The position numbers and the translations under genes are program-made. The notes under the pieces were generated by a model. The model saw only the letters and a list, made by a program, of their open reading frames with translations, had not been told where the DNA came from and did not search any database. From NCBI GenBank assembly GCA_002898255.1, contig BEIE01000006.1:49251-113250 (forward strand): a DNA stretch of 64,000 nt, given 5' to 3'. This document shows positions 20,542 to 29,444 of the stretch, one piece after another. The stretch comes from a bacterium HR28. GTDB taxonomy: Bacteria; Chloroflexota; Chloroflexia; Thermomicrobiales; Thermomicrobiaceae. The stretch's first letter is position 1. Each line of letters begins with the position of its first letter.

Positions 20542-21183
20542 ATGGACACGATTGTCCTGCTGGTCACCGGATTTCTGCTCGGTTCCATTCCGACGGCCCA
20601 GATCGCGGCATATCTCCTCGCAGGAATTGACCTTCGCGAACGTTTTCCGACGATCAGTGGATCGGGGGTGTACTACGCGGTGGCACGATGGGCCATCGTG
20701 CCTGTTGGGCTCGTCGATGTCACGAAGGGTGGACTCGCTGCGTACCTGCCGTACCAGTTTGGAGGAGGAACCGGGATGGCGGTCGCCTGCGGGCTGGCGG
20801 CTGTGATCGGGCACAACTGGTCTCCGTGGCTGGGGTTTCGCGGGGGACGCGGCCTGAGTCCGTTTATGGGGATGCTTCTGGTCGTGTTTCCGGCAGGAGT
20901 GCTTGTCCTCTTGGCAGCGCTTGCGGTTGGACGTCTGGTAGGTCGAACGCCTGTCCTGGCGCTCTTGGGGCTGGCAGTACTTCCTGGAGTCATCATTTTC
21001 AGTGGCGGGTCAGATGCTGCTCTACGCGGCAGCATTGGCATGCTCCTGATCACAGTCCTGAAGCGGCTGGAGGCGAACCGCCGCAGGCTGCCACGAGATC
21101 CAGCGCTCCGCCGCGAGGTGCTTTGGCGGCGCTTCTGGTACGACCGGGACGAGGAACAGTGGCCGCCGGAGGTGGAGGAGTAG
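20542..21183 (+). CDS. PlsY-like acyl-phosphate acyltransferase (divergent)
   Basis: LLGSIP, DVTKG and GHNWSPWLGFRGGRG motifs; motifs 1 and 3 are altered. Confidence 0.8.
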   Translation: MDTIVLLVTGFLLGSIPTAQIAAYLLAGIDLRERFPTISGSGVYYAVARWAIVPVGLVDVTKGGLAAYLPYQFGGGTGMAVACGLAAVIGHNWSPWLGFRGGRGLSPFMGMLLVVFPAGVLVLLAALAVGRLVGRTPVLALLGLAVLPGVIIFSGGSDAALRGSIGMLLITVLKRLEANRRRLPRDPALRREVLWRRFWYDRDEEQWPPEVEE

Positions 21184-21189
21184 TGCCGG

Positions 21190-22032
21190 ATGCTCAGCAT
21201 CGTCACCGATAGCGTCGCCTGCTTGCCCGCAGAGCTGGTCGAGCGGTACGGGATCCGAGTCGTTCCAGTACGCATCGTGCGAGGTGAGCGGGTCTACCGG
21301 GATGGGGTCGATGTTTCGGTTGAGGAAGCGTTCGAATGGCTTGCCGCGGGGGAGATTGTCACGACGTCGCAACCGGCGGTCGGTGAGTTCGTGGAGGTCT
21401 ACGAGACACTGAGTCGAACCGTGGAGGGAATTGTCTCGATTCATGTCTCGTCGGGGGTCACCGGCGTGTACCAGGCTGCTGTTGCTGCGGCGGGCATGGT
21501 GACTCGCGTGCCGATCACTGTGATCGACAGTGGTGCAGCGACGATGGCGGAGGGTTTCCTGGTTCTCGAGGCGGCGCGCTGTGCCGAGCGTGGTGCCGAT
21601 CTGCGTTCAGTTGTGCAGCGGGTTGAAGAGCTCCGCCCACGGCTGCGCTTCTTCGCCGTGCTGGAGACGGTGAGTTTTCTAGTGCGTAGCGGACGTGCGC
21701 CCTGGCTTGCCAAGCTCGCAGTCGATCTCTTACAGGTCAAGCCGATCCTCACCCTGCAGGGCGGTAAGATCGTGTCGCTCGAGCGAGTCCGCACTCGGAA
21801 GCGAGCCATTGACGCCATGCTGCGTCGCATGGAGCGCGACGTTGGTGACCGTCCGCTGCACGTCGCGGTGCTGCACGCCGGTACGCCTTCGGAGGCTGAG
21901 GCGTTGGCGCACGAGATCACGCAGCGTTTCCGAACGGTTGAGCAGTATGTGACCTCATTCAGTCCGGCTATGGCCCTGTACACCGGTCCGGGGTTGCTTG
22001 GCCTTGCCTACTATGCGGACGACGCGCCATGA
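21190..22032 (+). CDS. DegV-family fatty-acid-binding protein (FakB-like)
   Basis: IVTDS, TTSQP, SIHVSS, LVRSGR, VKPIL and TGPG motifs. Confidence 0.93.
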   Translation: MLSIVTDSVACLPAELVERYGIRVVPVRIVRGERVYRDGVDVSVEEAFEWLAAGEIVTTSQPAVGEFVEVYETLSRTVEGIVSIHVSSGVTGVYQAAVAAAGMVTRVPITVIDSGAATMAEGFLVLEAARCAERGADLRSVVQRVEELRPRLRFFAVLETVSFLVRSGRAPWLAKLAVDLLQVKPILTLQGGKIVSLERVRTRKRAIDAMLRRMERDVGDRPLHVAVLHAGTPSEAEALAHEITQRFRTVEQYVTSFSPAMALYTGPGLLGLAYYADDAP

Positions 22033-22102
22033 GCGACGCCCGCACCCGCGGCGATGAGGTCATGCTGGACGGACGCAGGTGACCAAGACAATGCCGGAGA
22101 GC

Positions 22103-22137
22103 GCATGTTGCCACGGAAGTGTTCCGTGGCAACATGC
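22103..22137. terminator. Perfect 16-bp inverted repeat between convergent genes (probable terminator)
   Basis: GCATGTTGCCACGGAA-GTG-TTCCGTGGCAACATGC between degV and the PCYCGC gene; no U-tract. Confidence 0.6.
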
Positions 22138-22249
22138 CGCAGAGTGGAGCAGATAAACAGAAAGTTGCCCCTCTTTGGGTTGCCCGGAGAGCCGCGAAGG
22201 CGAAGCACGAGACGGTCCTGCGCATCGGGGTGAAACGGCGTCGGTCACC

Positions 22250-22714
22250 TCATGGCGGCCATGGCGTGTCCGTGCCCGGACCGTAGCTGCTGTAGGTCTG
22301 GTCGATATAGGCGCGGATCTCCTGAAGTGGTCGCCCTTCAGCTGTGAGCCGCATCACGTCACGCGTGATGTCGATGCAGATCGCTCAGCCAAAGGTCATG
22401 CGGCCCAGCACGACCGAGCCGTCAGGACGGAACTCCTCAATTGAACAGTCCAGGACCGAGCGGTGTCCCTGCTCACCACAGCCGCAGTAGCAAGGGAAAT
22501 ACTGGAGGATTTCGGGGTGTGCAGCGGCGTAGCGGTATGCCTCTTGCGCTTCCGGAGAGGCTTGATAGAAGATCGGTGGCCAGCGATCCTGCGAAGGCCA
22601 AGCGACGAGTTCCGAATCACTAGAGGAAGATCCTCGTCCGCACGCAGCGAGGACGGGCAGCGTGGCGAGGCCGATCAGGAAGCGGCGTCGGGTTATGGTC
22701 CGGCGGTTCGTCAT
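22250..22714 (-). CDS. PCYCGC-motif Tat lipoprotein, predicted selenoprotein (Sec110, UxxC; 154 aa)
   Basis: The ORF-track frame stops at TGA 22387-22385. Readthrough gives U-AICIDITRDVMRLTAEGRPLQEIRAYIDQTYSSYGPGTDTPWPP*, the family's CxxC...EIR..ID..Y...TPxP tail. A hairpin follows the TGA. Confidence 0.85.
22345..22387 (-). promoter_or_regulatory. Putative bacterial SECIS (PCYCGC gene)
   Basis: UGA-N14-CAUCACG-[CGUGA]-CGUGAUG; UGAGC can also pair with downstream GCUCA. Confidence 0.7.
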
Positions 22715-23137
22715 GCGGTGGCCTCCTGCGTAGAACCGACGCAGCAGTCAACTGCGTGCATTGTGCCATCAGGAGCTTGACGAGTGGTATCGGAGTTTTC
22801 CTGACGGGCTGCGTGTTCTCTCTTGTGTGCACGGCGGCGTGCTTGCTGCTGATTCACAATGCGGTACGGAGACACGGTCCAGGGAACCCTGACGAGCGGA
22901 GAGCCATTTCTGATGGAGATGACTGGTTTCGGTTGTAGTGGGTGGTGGACCGAAGGAGGGATAACTCGAACAACTCCAGTGAGAAATGCTGTGGAGCGGT
23001 GTGGAACATTGCGAGCTTCTCGGTGCCTTCCGGGGAGCAGTATGGTGAGCTCACCAGTGTGGCACCGTCGTGTTTTACCACCGTACGAGGTAGGAGATCC
23101 GACTCTTCCAATGGCGGCCACGGCGCACGAGTGCGTG

Positions 23138-23815
23138 TCAGCGGGCCAGATGGCGCCGGAGAAAGGCGAGTGTACGACGCCAGGCATCGATCGCTGCGTC
23201 AGGCCGATAGCTGGCACGCGTGTCATTGAAGAAGGCGTGTGGTGCGCCTGGATAGATATGGAGTTCAAACTCCTTGCCCGCGGCCTCAAGGGCGCGACGG
23301 AGCCGTTCCACCTCACTCGGCGGAATACCCTGATCTGCCTCGCCGTAGAGACCGAGCAGCGGGCAATGCAGTGATCGCACCCGTTCGATCGGATTCGGGT
23401 TACGCCCGTAGAAGACGACGGCAGCTCCGAAGAGATCACTCGCGCAGGCGGCGAGCAAGGAGAGTGCGCCACCCATGCAGAAGCCGACTACGCCGACTGT
23501 GGGGCCGCGGACATCGTCGCGGGCAAGGAGGAACCGGGCTGCCGCAACGATTTCTGCGACTGCGTGGTCGTACTCGAGTTCCATTGCCAGCTTACGCGCC
23601 TCGTCGGGCTCCGTCGCGATCTTGCCATGGTAGAGGTCGGGTGCGAGGGCGACGAAGCCCTCGGCAGCGAACCGGTCAGTGACGTCTTTGATATGGGGCT
23701 CCAGCCCCCACCACTCCTGAATAACGATGACACCTGGCGCGGGAGTTTGTGCCGGAAGCGCAAGGTAGCCGGGCGTCTCGATGCTGTCGCTCGGGAATAC
23801 AATCATCCTGCCCAT
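23138..23815 (-). CDS. Dienelactone hydrolase family protein
   Basis: IQEWWGL, APDLY, GFCMGG nucleophile elbow and HAFFND; AGGAGG RBS. Confidence 0.94.
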   Translation of the reverse strand: MGRMIVFPSDSIETPGYLALPAQTPAPGVIVIQEWWGLEPHIKDVTDRFAAEGFVALAPDLYHGKIATEPDEARKLAMELEYDHAVAEIVAAARFLLARDDVRGPTVGVVGFCMGGALSLLAACASDLFGAAVVFYGRNPNPIERVRSLHCPLLGLYGEADQGIPPSEVERLRRALEAAGKEFELHIYPGAPHAFFNDTRASYRPDAAIDAWRRTLAFLRRHLAR

Positions 23816-24386
23816 TGGTCTCCTCCTTTCCCACATTCACCAACTCAACCTCCGCCACGTCAGTGTTCGGGAGATCTCCGGGGGTGACGAACAGTGCAGA
23901 GCGAGTGTAGCGCGCAACTCCCTTGCAGCGGGTAGGATGGGGGGATATAAGTACCTGCCCGATTGCACTAAAGAGACCAGTTGGTGAAGGGACTGCTTTG
24001 CGACCGGAGGCTGGCGTGAGCAATCAGCGATACGTCGAGGAGGGTGTTTTCATCGTACCTGTAAACAAGAGGAAAACGCCGTGGAGTAGTTCATTGGCCG
24101 GCCAAAAAGAAACCCGTCAGATTAGGTTCTTCCGAGGTGGGTGAAATTGCTCCGTTCGGAAGCATATGGCCTTGCCAAGGCATGGGACAGGGCCGAACGG
24201 GTGCTCATGAAGACACTCTTCCCGACTGATGAACCAATGGAGACACAAAGCTTTGACTCAAGTGCGTTGCCGTGCTGGTTCTGAAGGCTTATGCTGCGAT
24301 TGCGGAAGAGTCTCGTAAAGGTGAGGTGAAGATCGTCTACTGAGTAGCTGGAGCGCTCGAGGGGACGAGGGCTTGGAGGGGTGGCC

Positions 24387-25541
24387 ATGAAACGAGTTGT
24401 CATCCTCGGTGGAGGATCAGGTGGGGCAGTTGCGGCTAGTCGGCTTGGCAAATGGGCGCGACCGGGCGAGTTTGAGGTTGTGCTGATCGATCGGAGCGAG
24501 TGGCACGACTTTCGCCCGAGTTATCTTTGGGTGGCAGTAGGGAAGCGGGAGCCAGAAGAAATTCGGCGTCCACTGGCGCTCCTGGAGCAGCGCTACGGGA
24601 CGCGCGTGTTCCGGGCGACCGTGACGGGCATTCGGCCGGAAGCGCAGACGGTTGAGACTGACCAAGGGAACGTTGAGTACGATTACCTGATTGTCGCTTT
24701 GGGGGCGGAGTTAGTGGACACACCGGACGTGGCCGGCTGCGAGGCGCCATGGGAGCTTGCGCCAGCGTTGGAGTTGCGTGAACGGCTCCGTACTTTCGCA
24801 GGTGGGCGAGTGGTTGTGGGTCCGCTTTCTTGGCCATATCGTTGTCCGCCAGCGCCATTCGAAGTCGCGTTTATGTTGAAGTACCTTGCAGAACAGCGGG
24901 GAGTTGCGGAGCGCACACAGATCACAGTGTTCCATCCCTGGAAGGAGCCGATGGAGACATTTGGCCCCCAGATGGTGGAGGGGTTTCGCCGATTCCTCGA
25001 CGACTTTGGGGTGCACTTCGAAGGCGGATTTGTCTGCGTGCGGCATGATCCTGACCGAAAGGTGATTGTTGCGGCTGACGGGAGAGAATTGGAGTATGAC
25101 TTCGCGATCATCGTGCCGCACCATCGGGTGCCCGAGGCGGTAAGGAACTCACCGCTGGCTACAGCGGACGGCTACATGGACGTTGTGCTTCCCTCGATGC
25201 GTTCACCTCGCTACGAAACGGTGTGGGGAATCGGTGATGTGGTGGCGCCAACGATCGGGCTTGGTATGGCCGGTGTCTTTGCGCATTTCCAGGCGGAGCA
25301 CGTGGTGAGTCAGATCATTGATCGGGAGCGCGGTGCGTACCTTGGGGAGTTATACAACATGGTTGGCATCTGCGTAATGGACACAGGGTATATGGGTGCG
25401 GCGGTGTGGTGCAACTTCACCGATAAGCTGTTTGGCCGTGCAGCAGTTCCGGATTGCCGATTACTCGGTGGGATGCGGGCTTTTCGGGCGGTCAAAGTTG
25501 GCTTTGAGCGGTACTGGTTCGCGAACCTCTTTGGTCGATAG
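24387..25541 (+). CDS. FAD-dependent oxidoreductase, sulfide:quinone oxidoreductase-like
   Basis: GGGSGG Rossmann motif, DYLIVALG, YRCPPAPFE, WGIGD and a second Cys in GICVMDTG. Confidence 0.8.
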   Translation: MKRVVILGGGSGGAVAASRLGKWARPGEFEVVLIDRSEWHDFRPSYLWVAVGKREPEEIRRPLALLEQRYGTRVFRATVTGIRPEAQTVETDQGNVEYDYLIVALGAELVDTPDVAGCEAPWELAPALELRERLRTFAGGRVVVGPLSWPYRCPPAPFEVAFMLKYLAEQRGVAERTQITVFHPWKEPMETFGPQMVEGFRRFLDDFGVHFEGGFVCVRHDPDRKVIVAADGRELEYDFAIIVPHHRVPEAVRNSPLATADGYMDVVLPSMRSPRYETVWGIGDVVAPTIGLGMAGVFAHFQAEHVVSQIIDRERGAYLGELYNMVGICVMDTGYMGAAVWCNFTDKLFGRAAVPDCRLLGGMRAFRAVKVGFERYWFANLFGR

Positions 25542-25549
25542 GGGGCATC

Positions 25550-26047
25550 ATGAGTGGGCAAGAGATGGCGATGAGTATGCATTTAACTCCGGAGCAGCAG
25601 GAACGGCTGGAGCATCTTCTGGAGCGTGTTGTCGAGCGGGCCGATGCGATCGAGCAACTCCTTGAGACCATCGACCTTTTGGCGGGAAGTGGCCTCCTTG
25701 CGGGTATTCGTGCAGTACTGGAGGAGTTCGATGAGACCTTCAGCGCGATAAATCGCCCGGAGCTGATGGGGATGGTCGCGAACGCCATGATGTTGCTTGG
25801 TCTCCTGAGTCAGCTTCGCTACGAGCCTTTCTTTGACCTCGCGATGCGAGCGCCCGCAGTGATGAACGAGGCATACCCAGCGTTCAAGCAGCGTACGCAG
25901 CGCTTAGGCCTTCGTGAGGCGCTGGAACTCATTCGCAGTCCGGAGATCGCGGCGGCGTTGGAGCTCCTTGTCGCGGTGCTGCGGGCCCAGCGCGGGCGGA
26001 CGACCGAGACTGTAGCACCGCTGCCACGGACGCCGGGACGGTCATAG
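25550..26047 (+). CDS. DUF1641-like protein
   Basis: Helical protein with C-terminal LGLREALELIRSPEIAAAL; DUF1641 commonly accompanies SQR-like genes. Confidence 0.7.
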   Translation: MSGQEMAMSMHLTPEQQERLEHLLERVVERADAIEQLLETIDLLAGSGLLAGIRAVLEEFDETFSAINRPELMGMVANAMMLLGLLSQLRYEPFFDLAMRAPAVMNEAYPAFKQRTQRLGLREALELIRSPEIAAALELLVAVLRAQRGRTTETVAPLPRTPGRS

Positions 26048-26933
26048 GAGAGGAGCGCGTGGCGAGGTCGTGAGGAGGCAGGCACGTCGCGCACTGAAGG
26101 GTCGCGACAGGATATGCGTGGATCGCAGCGGGTCTGAGTATCAGGAGAGGCCGGGTCAGGACCAAGACACGCTGCCTATCCGTAACCCTTGGAGTGGGTG
26201 GGCGTGCATCGCCGGCACGTGCGTCATCTGGCTGAACCGCGAAGATTACGGCCAGTTTCTGGACCAGCGACAGCCTATCCTCTTGCAGGCCATCAGCACA
26301 GCGCAGACCGAGAGGCTAGGCCTGTGCATCAGGTCGGTGTTCTGCTGCAGCAGCACGCTCTTGGTACCGTAGGCGACGTGGGCGTGCGCGTCACAGTCCC
26401 TCCTTGCGGTAGCCTGGATCAGCCAGCTGGACGATCCGGTTGGCCGGCGTGGATCAGCTTGGAGTCTCAGGTCTTGTCAATGCATCCGGCTGGCTTGTTT
26501 CCTCGACTCAGACGATGGGCATAAACCAAGTGCATGAACAGCTTGTTGCTTTGGGGACTGGTGCCGCGAAGTCGCTGACGCACAGGACGTTACTGGAGCT
26601 GATTCACGCAAAGCGCCTCCGACCCGCGAGACACCTCGAGCACACACCTCACGATCGCAGTGTTCCCGCAGGCCATACAGCCGCCCTGGTCAAACGTGCA
26701 TAACCTAATAGATGCTAAAATCGCTCACGTCTGAAGCCTGTCAAACTGCAGTGAAGCACATGAGAGCAGGGCGAATCAATACGTCGTTTCGGCTAACCTC
26801 TCTCGGATCAGGTCGACGGTTGTCTTTCGCCGGATATCGCTCACCTCCACTGGCCGGAAGTGCGAATTTTCCGGTGAAGGGCGTGAACCTTACGAGCGAT
26901 CGCAAAGCTTCTCTTTGTTGCCGACTCATAGAG

Positions 26934-27488
26934 TCACTCAATGCCGTCCGTCGCCGTGGACAAGGTGGCTCGGGAAGATACGTGCTCGCGCTCGAGCAGT
27001 TCCTCGACGAGTCGACGGACGCGCTCGACGGCCAGATCGACCGCCTGCGCGACGCGTTCAGTGAGGCCAATGCTTGCCTCGTCTACCTCGGCTGGTTCGC
27101 AGCCGAGCAGTCTGACAAATGGTGGTAGGACCCCGAGCGCCCGTGCCAGGACGAAGATTTTCCACGGCTCGGCGTAGTGGGTGTCGGCCAGAAAGGCCCG
27201 CCGCTCAGCGTCGGTCCACTCGTCCAGATTGTCGATCTCTGGCTCGAGGAGATAGAGGGTGCCCGGCTCTCCGCCACGTCGAACGGCATCGATCACAATC
27301 AGTGCCTCGTAGCCATCCAGCAGCTCCTGCACTACGGCGATACCACCAGTGCCAGCATCCATCAGCGTGACACCGCGGGGAGGCACTTGCCACTCAGCCA
27401 TAAGCCGCTGAACGACTGCTACTCCAAAACCGTCATCTTGCCGGATGACTGAACCCATCCCAGCGATAAGCACCCGTTTCGAGCTCAT
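26934..27488 (-). CDS. Hydrogenase maturation endopeptidase (HupD/HyaD-like)
   Basis: VLIAGMG..RQDDGFG, LIVIDAV, GEPG and DTH motifs. Confidence 0.92.
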   Translation of the reverse strand: MSSKRVLIAGMGSVIRQDDGFGVAVVQRLMAEWQVPPRGVTLMDAGTGGIAVVQELLDGYEALIVIDAVRRGGEPGTLYLLEPEIDNLDEWTDAERRAFLADTHYAEPWKIFVLARALGVLPPFVRLLGCEPAEVDEASIGLTERVAQAVDLAVERVRRLVEELLEREHVSSRATLSTATDGIE

Positions 27489-28390
27489 GTGTGCACCACC
27501 CGCCGCGGACGGCCGATGATGATCTGCCCATCTTGCACTGCTACTGGCACGACCTCGAGTGATCGGCCGGCGCGATCAAGTCGCCGACCACTGTGCAGGT
27601 CGAACCGGCACCCGTGCCATGGGCAAGTGATAATGCCTTCCTCCCAAGAGATGTCATGTCCCATGCTCAGCGGTAACGGGGTTCCTGGGCAAGCGTTACG
27701 GTAGGCGTAGATGTCGTCACCGCGTCGGACTAGTAACACGGAAAGGCCGCGGGTGTCGATCCGCAGTATCCCAACCTCCGGCACTGTCTCCAGCGAGGCT
27801 ACTGTCTCCCATTCCAGACCCGGTCGCCCCGCGTCCTGGACAGGTACCGACACGCGTCGACGTCCCGGTGGTGCTGGGCGTGGGGCAGGAGAAACCAACT
27901 CGACCTCGAGCCGCTCAAATTCAGGCATGCCCTCGCGGAGCGCCGTCTCCACCACCTGCCGAAGCGTCTGGCCCACGGCAGGGCAACCCGAACAGGCTCC
28001 GCCGAGTTGGATGCGAACCACACCATTCTGCACGCTGAGTACCCGCAGCTCTCCCCCGTGCGAGGCGATGTACGGCTGCACCTCTGCTAAGATCCTGTTG
28101 ACCCTGGCGCGCTGCCCTGCCTCATCGAGTTCGTAGAGCTCCAACAGTAGGCTGACAGCGGGGTCAGCCAGCGTTTCCTGGAAGGCCTGCGGGGCTGCCC
28201 GGTGGAAATGCTGTACTAGCCGTCCGATGCCCACACGGTGGAGCAAGTCAATCAGTTGGAGAAGCCGTAGCGCCTGATCACGCAGTACCGGATCGGGCGC
28301 CGATTCCAAGCTCTGGACGAGCGCGTCGATCTCGGTGAGCGCCTGTTGGAGTCGCCTCGCGATTGTCTCGTCTCGTGGCGCAGTGGCCAT
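27485..28390 (-). CDS. NifU-like domain plus Rieske-like domain protein
   Basis: PYIASHGG...GACSGCP (NifU CxxC); C-terminal NACPG...TCPWHGCRFD. Confidence 0.85.
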   Translation of the reverse strand: MATAPRDETIARRLQQALTEIDALVQSLESAPDPVLRDQALRLLQLIDLLHRVGIGRLVQHFHRAAPQAFQETLADPAVSLLLELYELDEAGQRARVNRILAEVQPYIASHGGELRVLSVQNGVVRIQLGGACSGCPAVGQTLRQVVETALREGMPEFERLEVELVSPAPRPAPPGRRRVSVPVQDAGRPGLEWETVASLETVPEVGILRIDTRGLSVLLVRRGDDIYAYRNACPGTPLPLSMGHDISWEEGIITCPWHGCRFDLHSGRRLDRAGRSLEVVPVAVQDGQIIIGRPRRVVHT

Positions 28391-28420
28391 CGCTCGTAAC
28401 TTTCCGCTCAGACGCCTAGA

Positions 28421-28792
28421 TCAGGCGCCTGGACGATCGGGATGGCTAGGGCACGGCTCACCGGCGTGGGCCGGGTCGTGGCACCAGCATCCAGGGGCGC
28501 ATTCGCCGTGAGCCGGTCGGGTCAGATCGGCGAAGGCATCGCGGAAGCGCACAGCCCCTTCCCGCCTGCCCTGCTCCGTCAGGCGATACCGGCCGTGCTC
28601 ACAGGTCAGGTCACCGCTCGCGACTAGGCGGTCGAGGTGAACCTGGATCAGGTCGACGTCAGAGACAAGAAAGCGTGCCAACTCCGCAGCGTCGACATCC
28701 TCCGCCAGTCCCTCGCCGCACATCCAGTACATCGCCTCCAAGATCTCATCTCTCCAGAAGAGATTGTCGAGCGCGCTCGATCCGCTCGTCAT
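28421..28792 (-). CDS. Hydrogenase-associated hypothetical protein (wHTH-like, His/Cys-rich tail)
   Basis: LFWRDEILEAMYW...YRLTEQG and tail HGECAPGCWCHDPAHAGEPCPSH; lies inside the operon with an RBS. Confidence 0.75.
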   Translation of the reverse strand: MTSGSSALDNLFWRDEILEAMYWMCGEGLAEDVDAAELARFLVSDVDLIQVHLDRLVASGDLTCEHGRYRLTEQGRREGAVRFRDAFADLTRPAHGECAPGCWCHDPAHAGEPCPSHPDRPGA

Positions 28793-28803
28793 CGACCTGA
28801 CTC

Positions 28804-29433
28804 CTACGTCTCCGTCGTGGCTAGCACCTGCTGGATCAGTGCGCGGACGCGCCGCTCTGCCTCATCGAGCGCAGCTTCACCAAGCGCGCTGAAGCCGTCT
28901 CCCCAGGACTGGTCGAACGGTTCAATCTCAACGACTATCACCTCGTCTGGCAGCGCACCAAAATGGTCCAGGATCAACAAGAGATTTTCGAGATCAATGA
29001 CGCCCGTGACAGCCTCACTCACCCGGCTCTGCAGCTCGTCCGGAGTAACCATGGGCGGATTCCAGGGCATCACCATAACGCTTCCGGGCGGGCGCCCCCG
29101 CGGCACCGCACCGACGAAGATGCCTCGCGAGAAGCGCGGCACCGCCTGGAGCTGGAATAGCACATCGATCGGGCTGTAACTCAGGTCAGCGATGACCACG
29201 CCCGCGGGCCACTGGTCGCTCTGCAACCGGGTCACCAGCGCTGGACCGAGCGAGAGGTCGCGCAGGTTGGTATAGCCGATCCCCGCCACAAGTACCCGCT
29301 GTTCCCCAGGGGACCGTTGCTGCTCGGTGACATCGCGCTGGTGCTTCGTCCTCGGCTGTAGACGAGCATGGCTCGGCCACAGCCACCCTGATAGTGGATC
29401 GATGATTCGTTCAACCTGATGATGATCCGTCAT
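28804..29433 (-). CDS. Second hydrogenase maturation endopeptidase
   Basis: VLVAGIGYTNLRDLSLGP and GRPPG motifs; start position uncertain. Confidence 0.8.
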   Translation of the reverse strand: MTDHHQVERIIDPLSGWLWPSHARLQPRTKHQRDVTEQQRSPGEQRVLVAGIGYTNLRDLSLGPALVTRLQSDQWPAGVVIADLSYSPIDVLFQLQAVPRFSRGIFVGAVPRGRPPGSVMVMPWNPPMVTPDELQSRVSEAVTGVIDLENLLLILDHFGALPDEVIVVEIEPFDQSWGDGFSALGEAALDEAERRVRALIQQVLATTET

Positions 29434-29444
29434 CCGGTCGTCCC

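Noticed and set aside
28391..28423. TGA stop of the His/Cys protein is in frame with the downstream NifU-Rieske gene
   Set aside because: No Cys-motif context and no hairpin after the TGA, so an ordinary stop.
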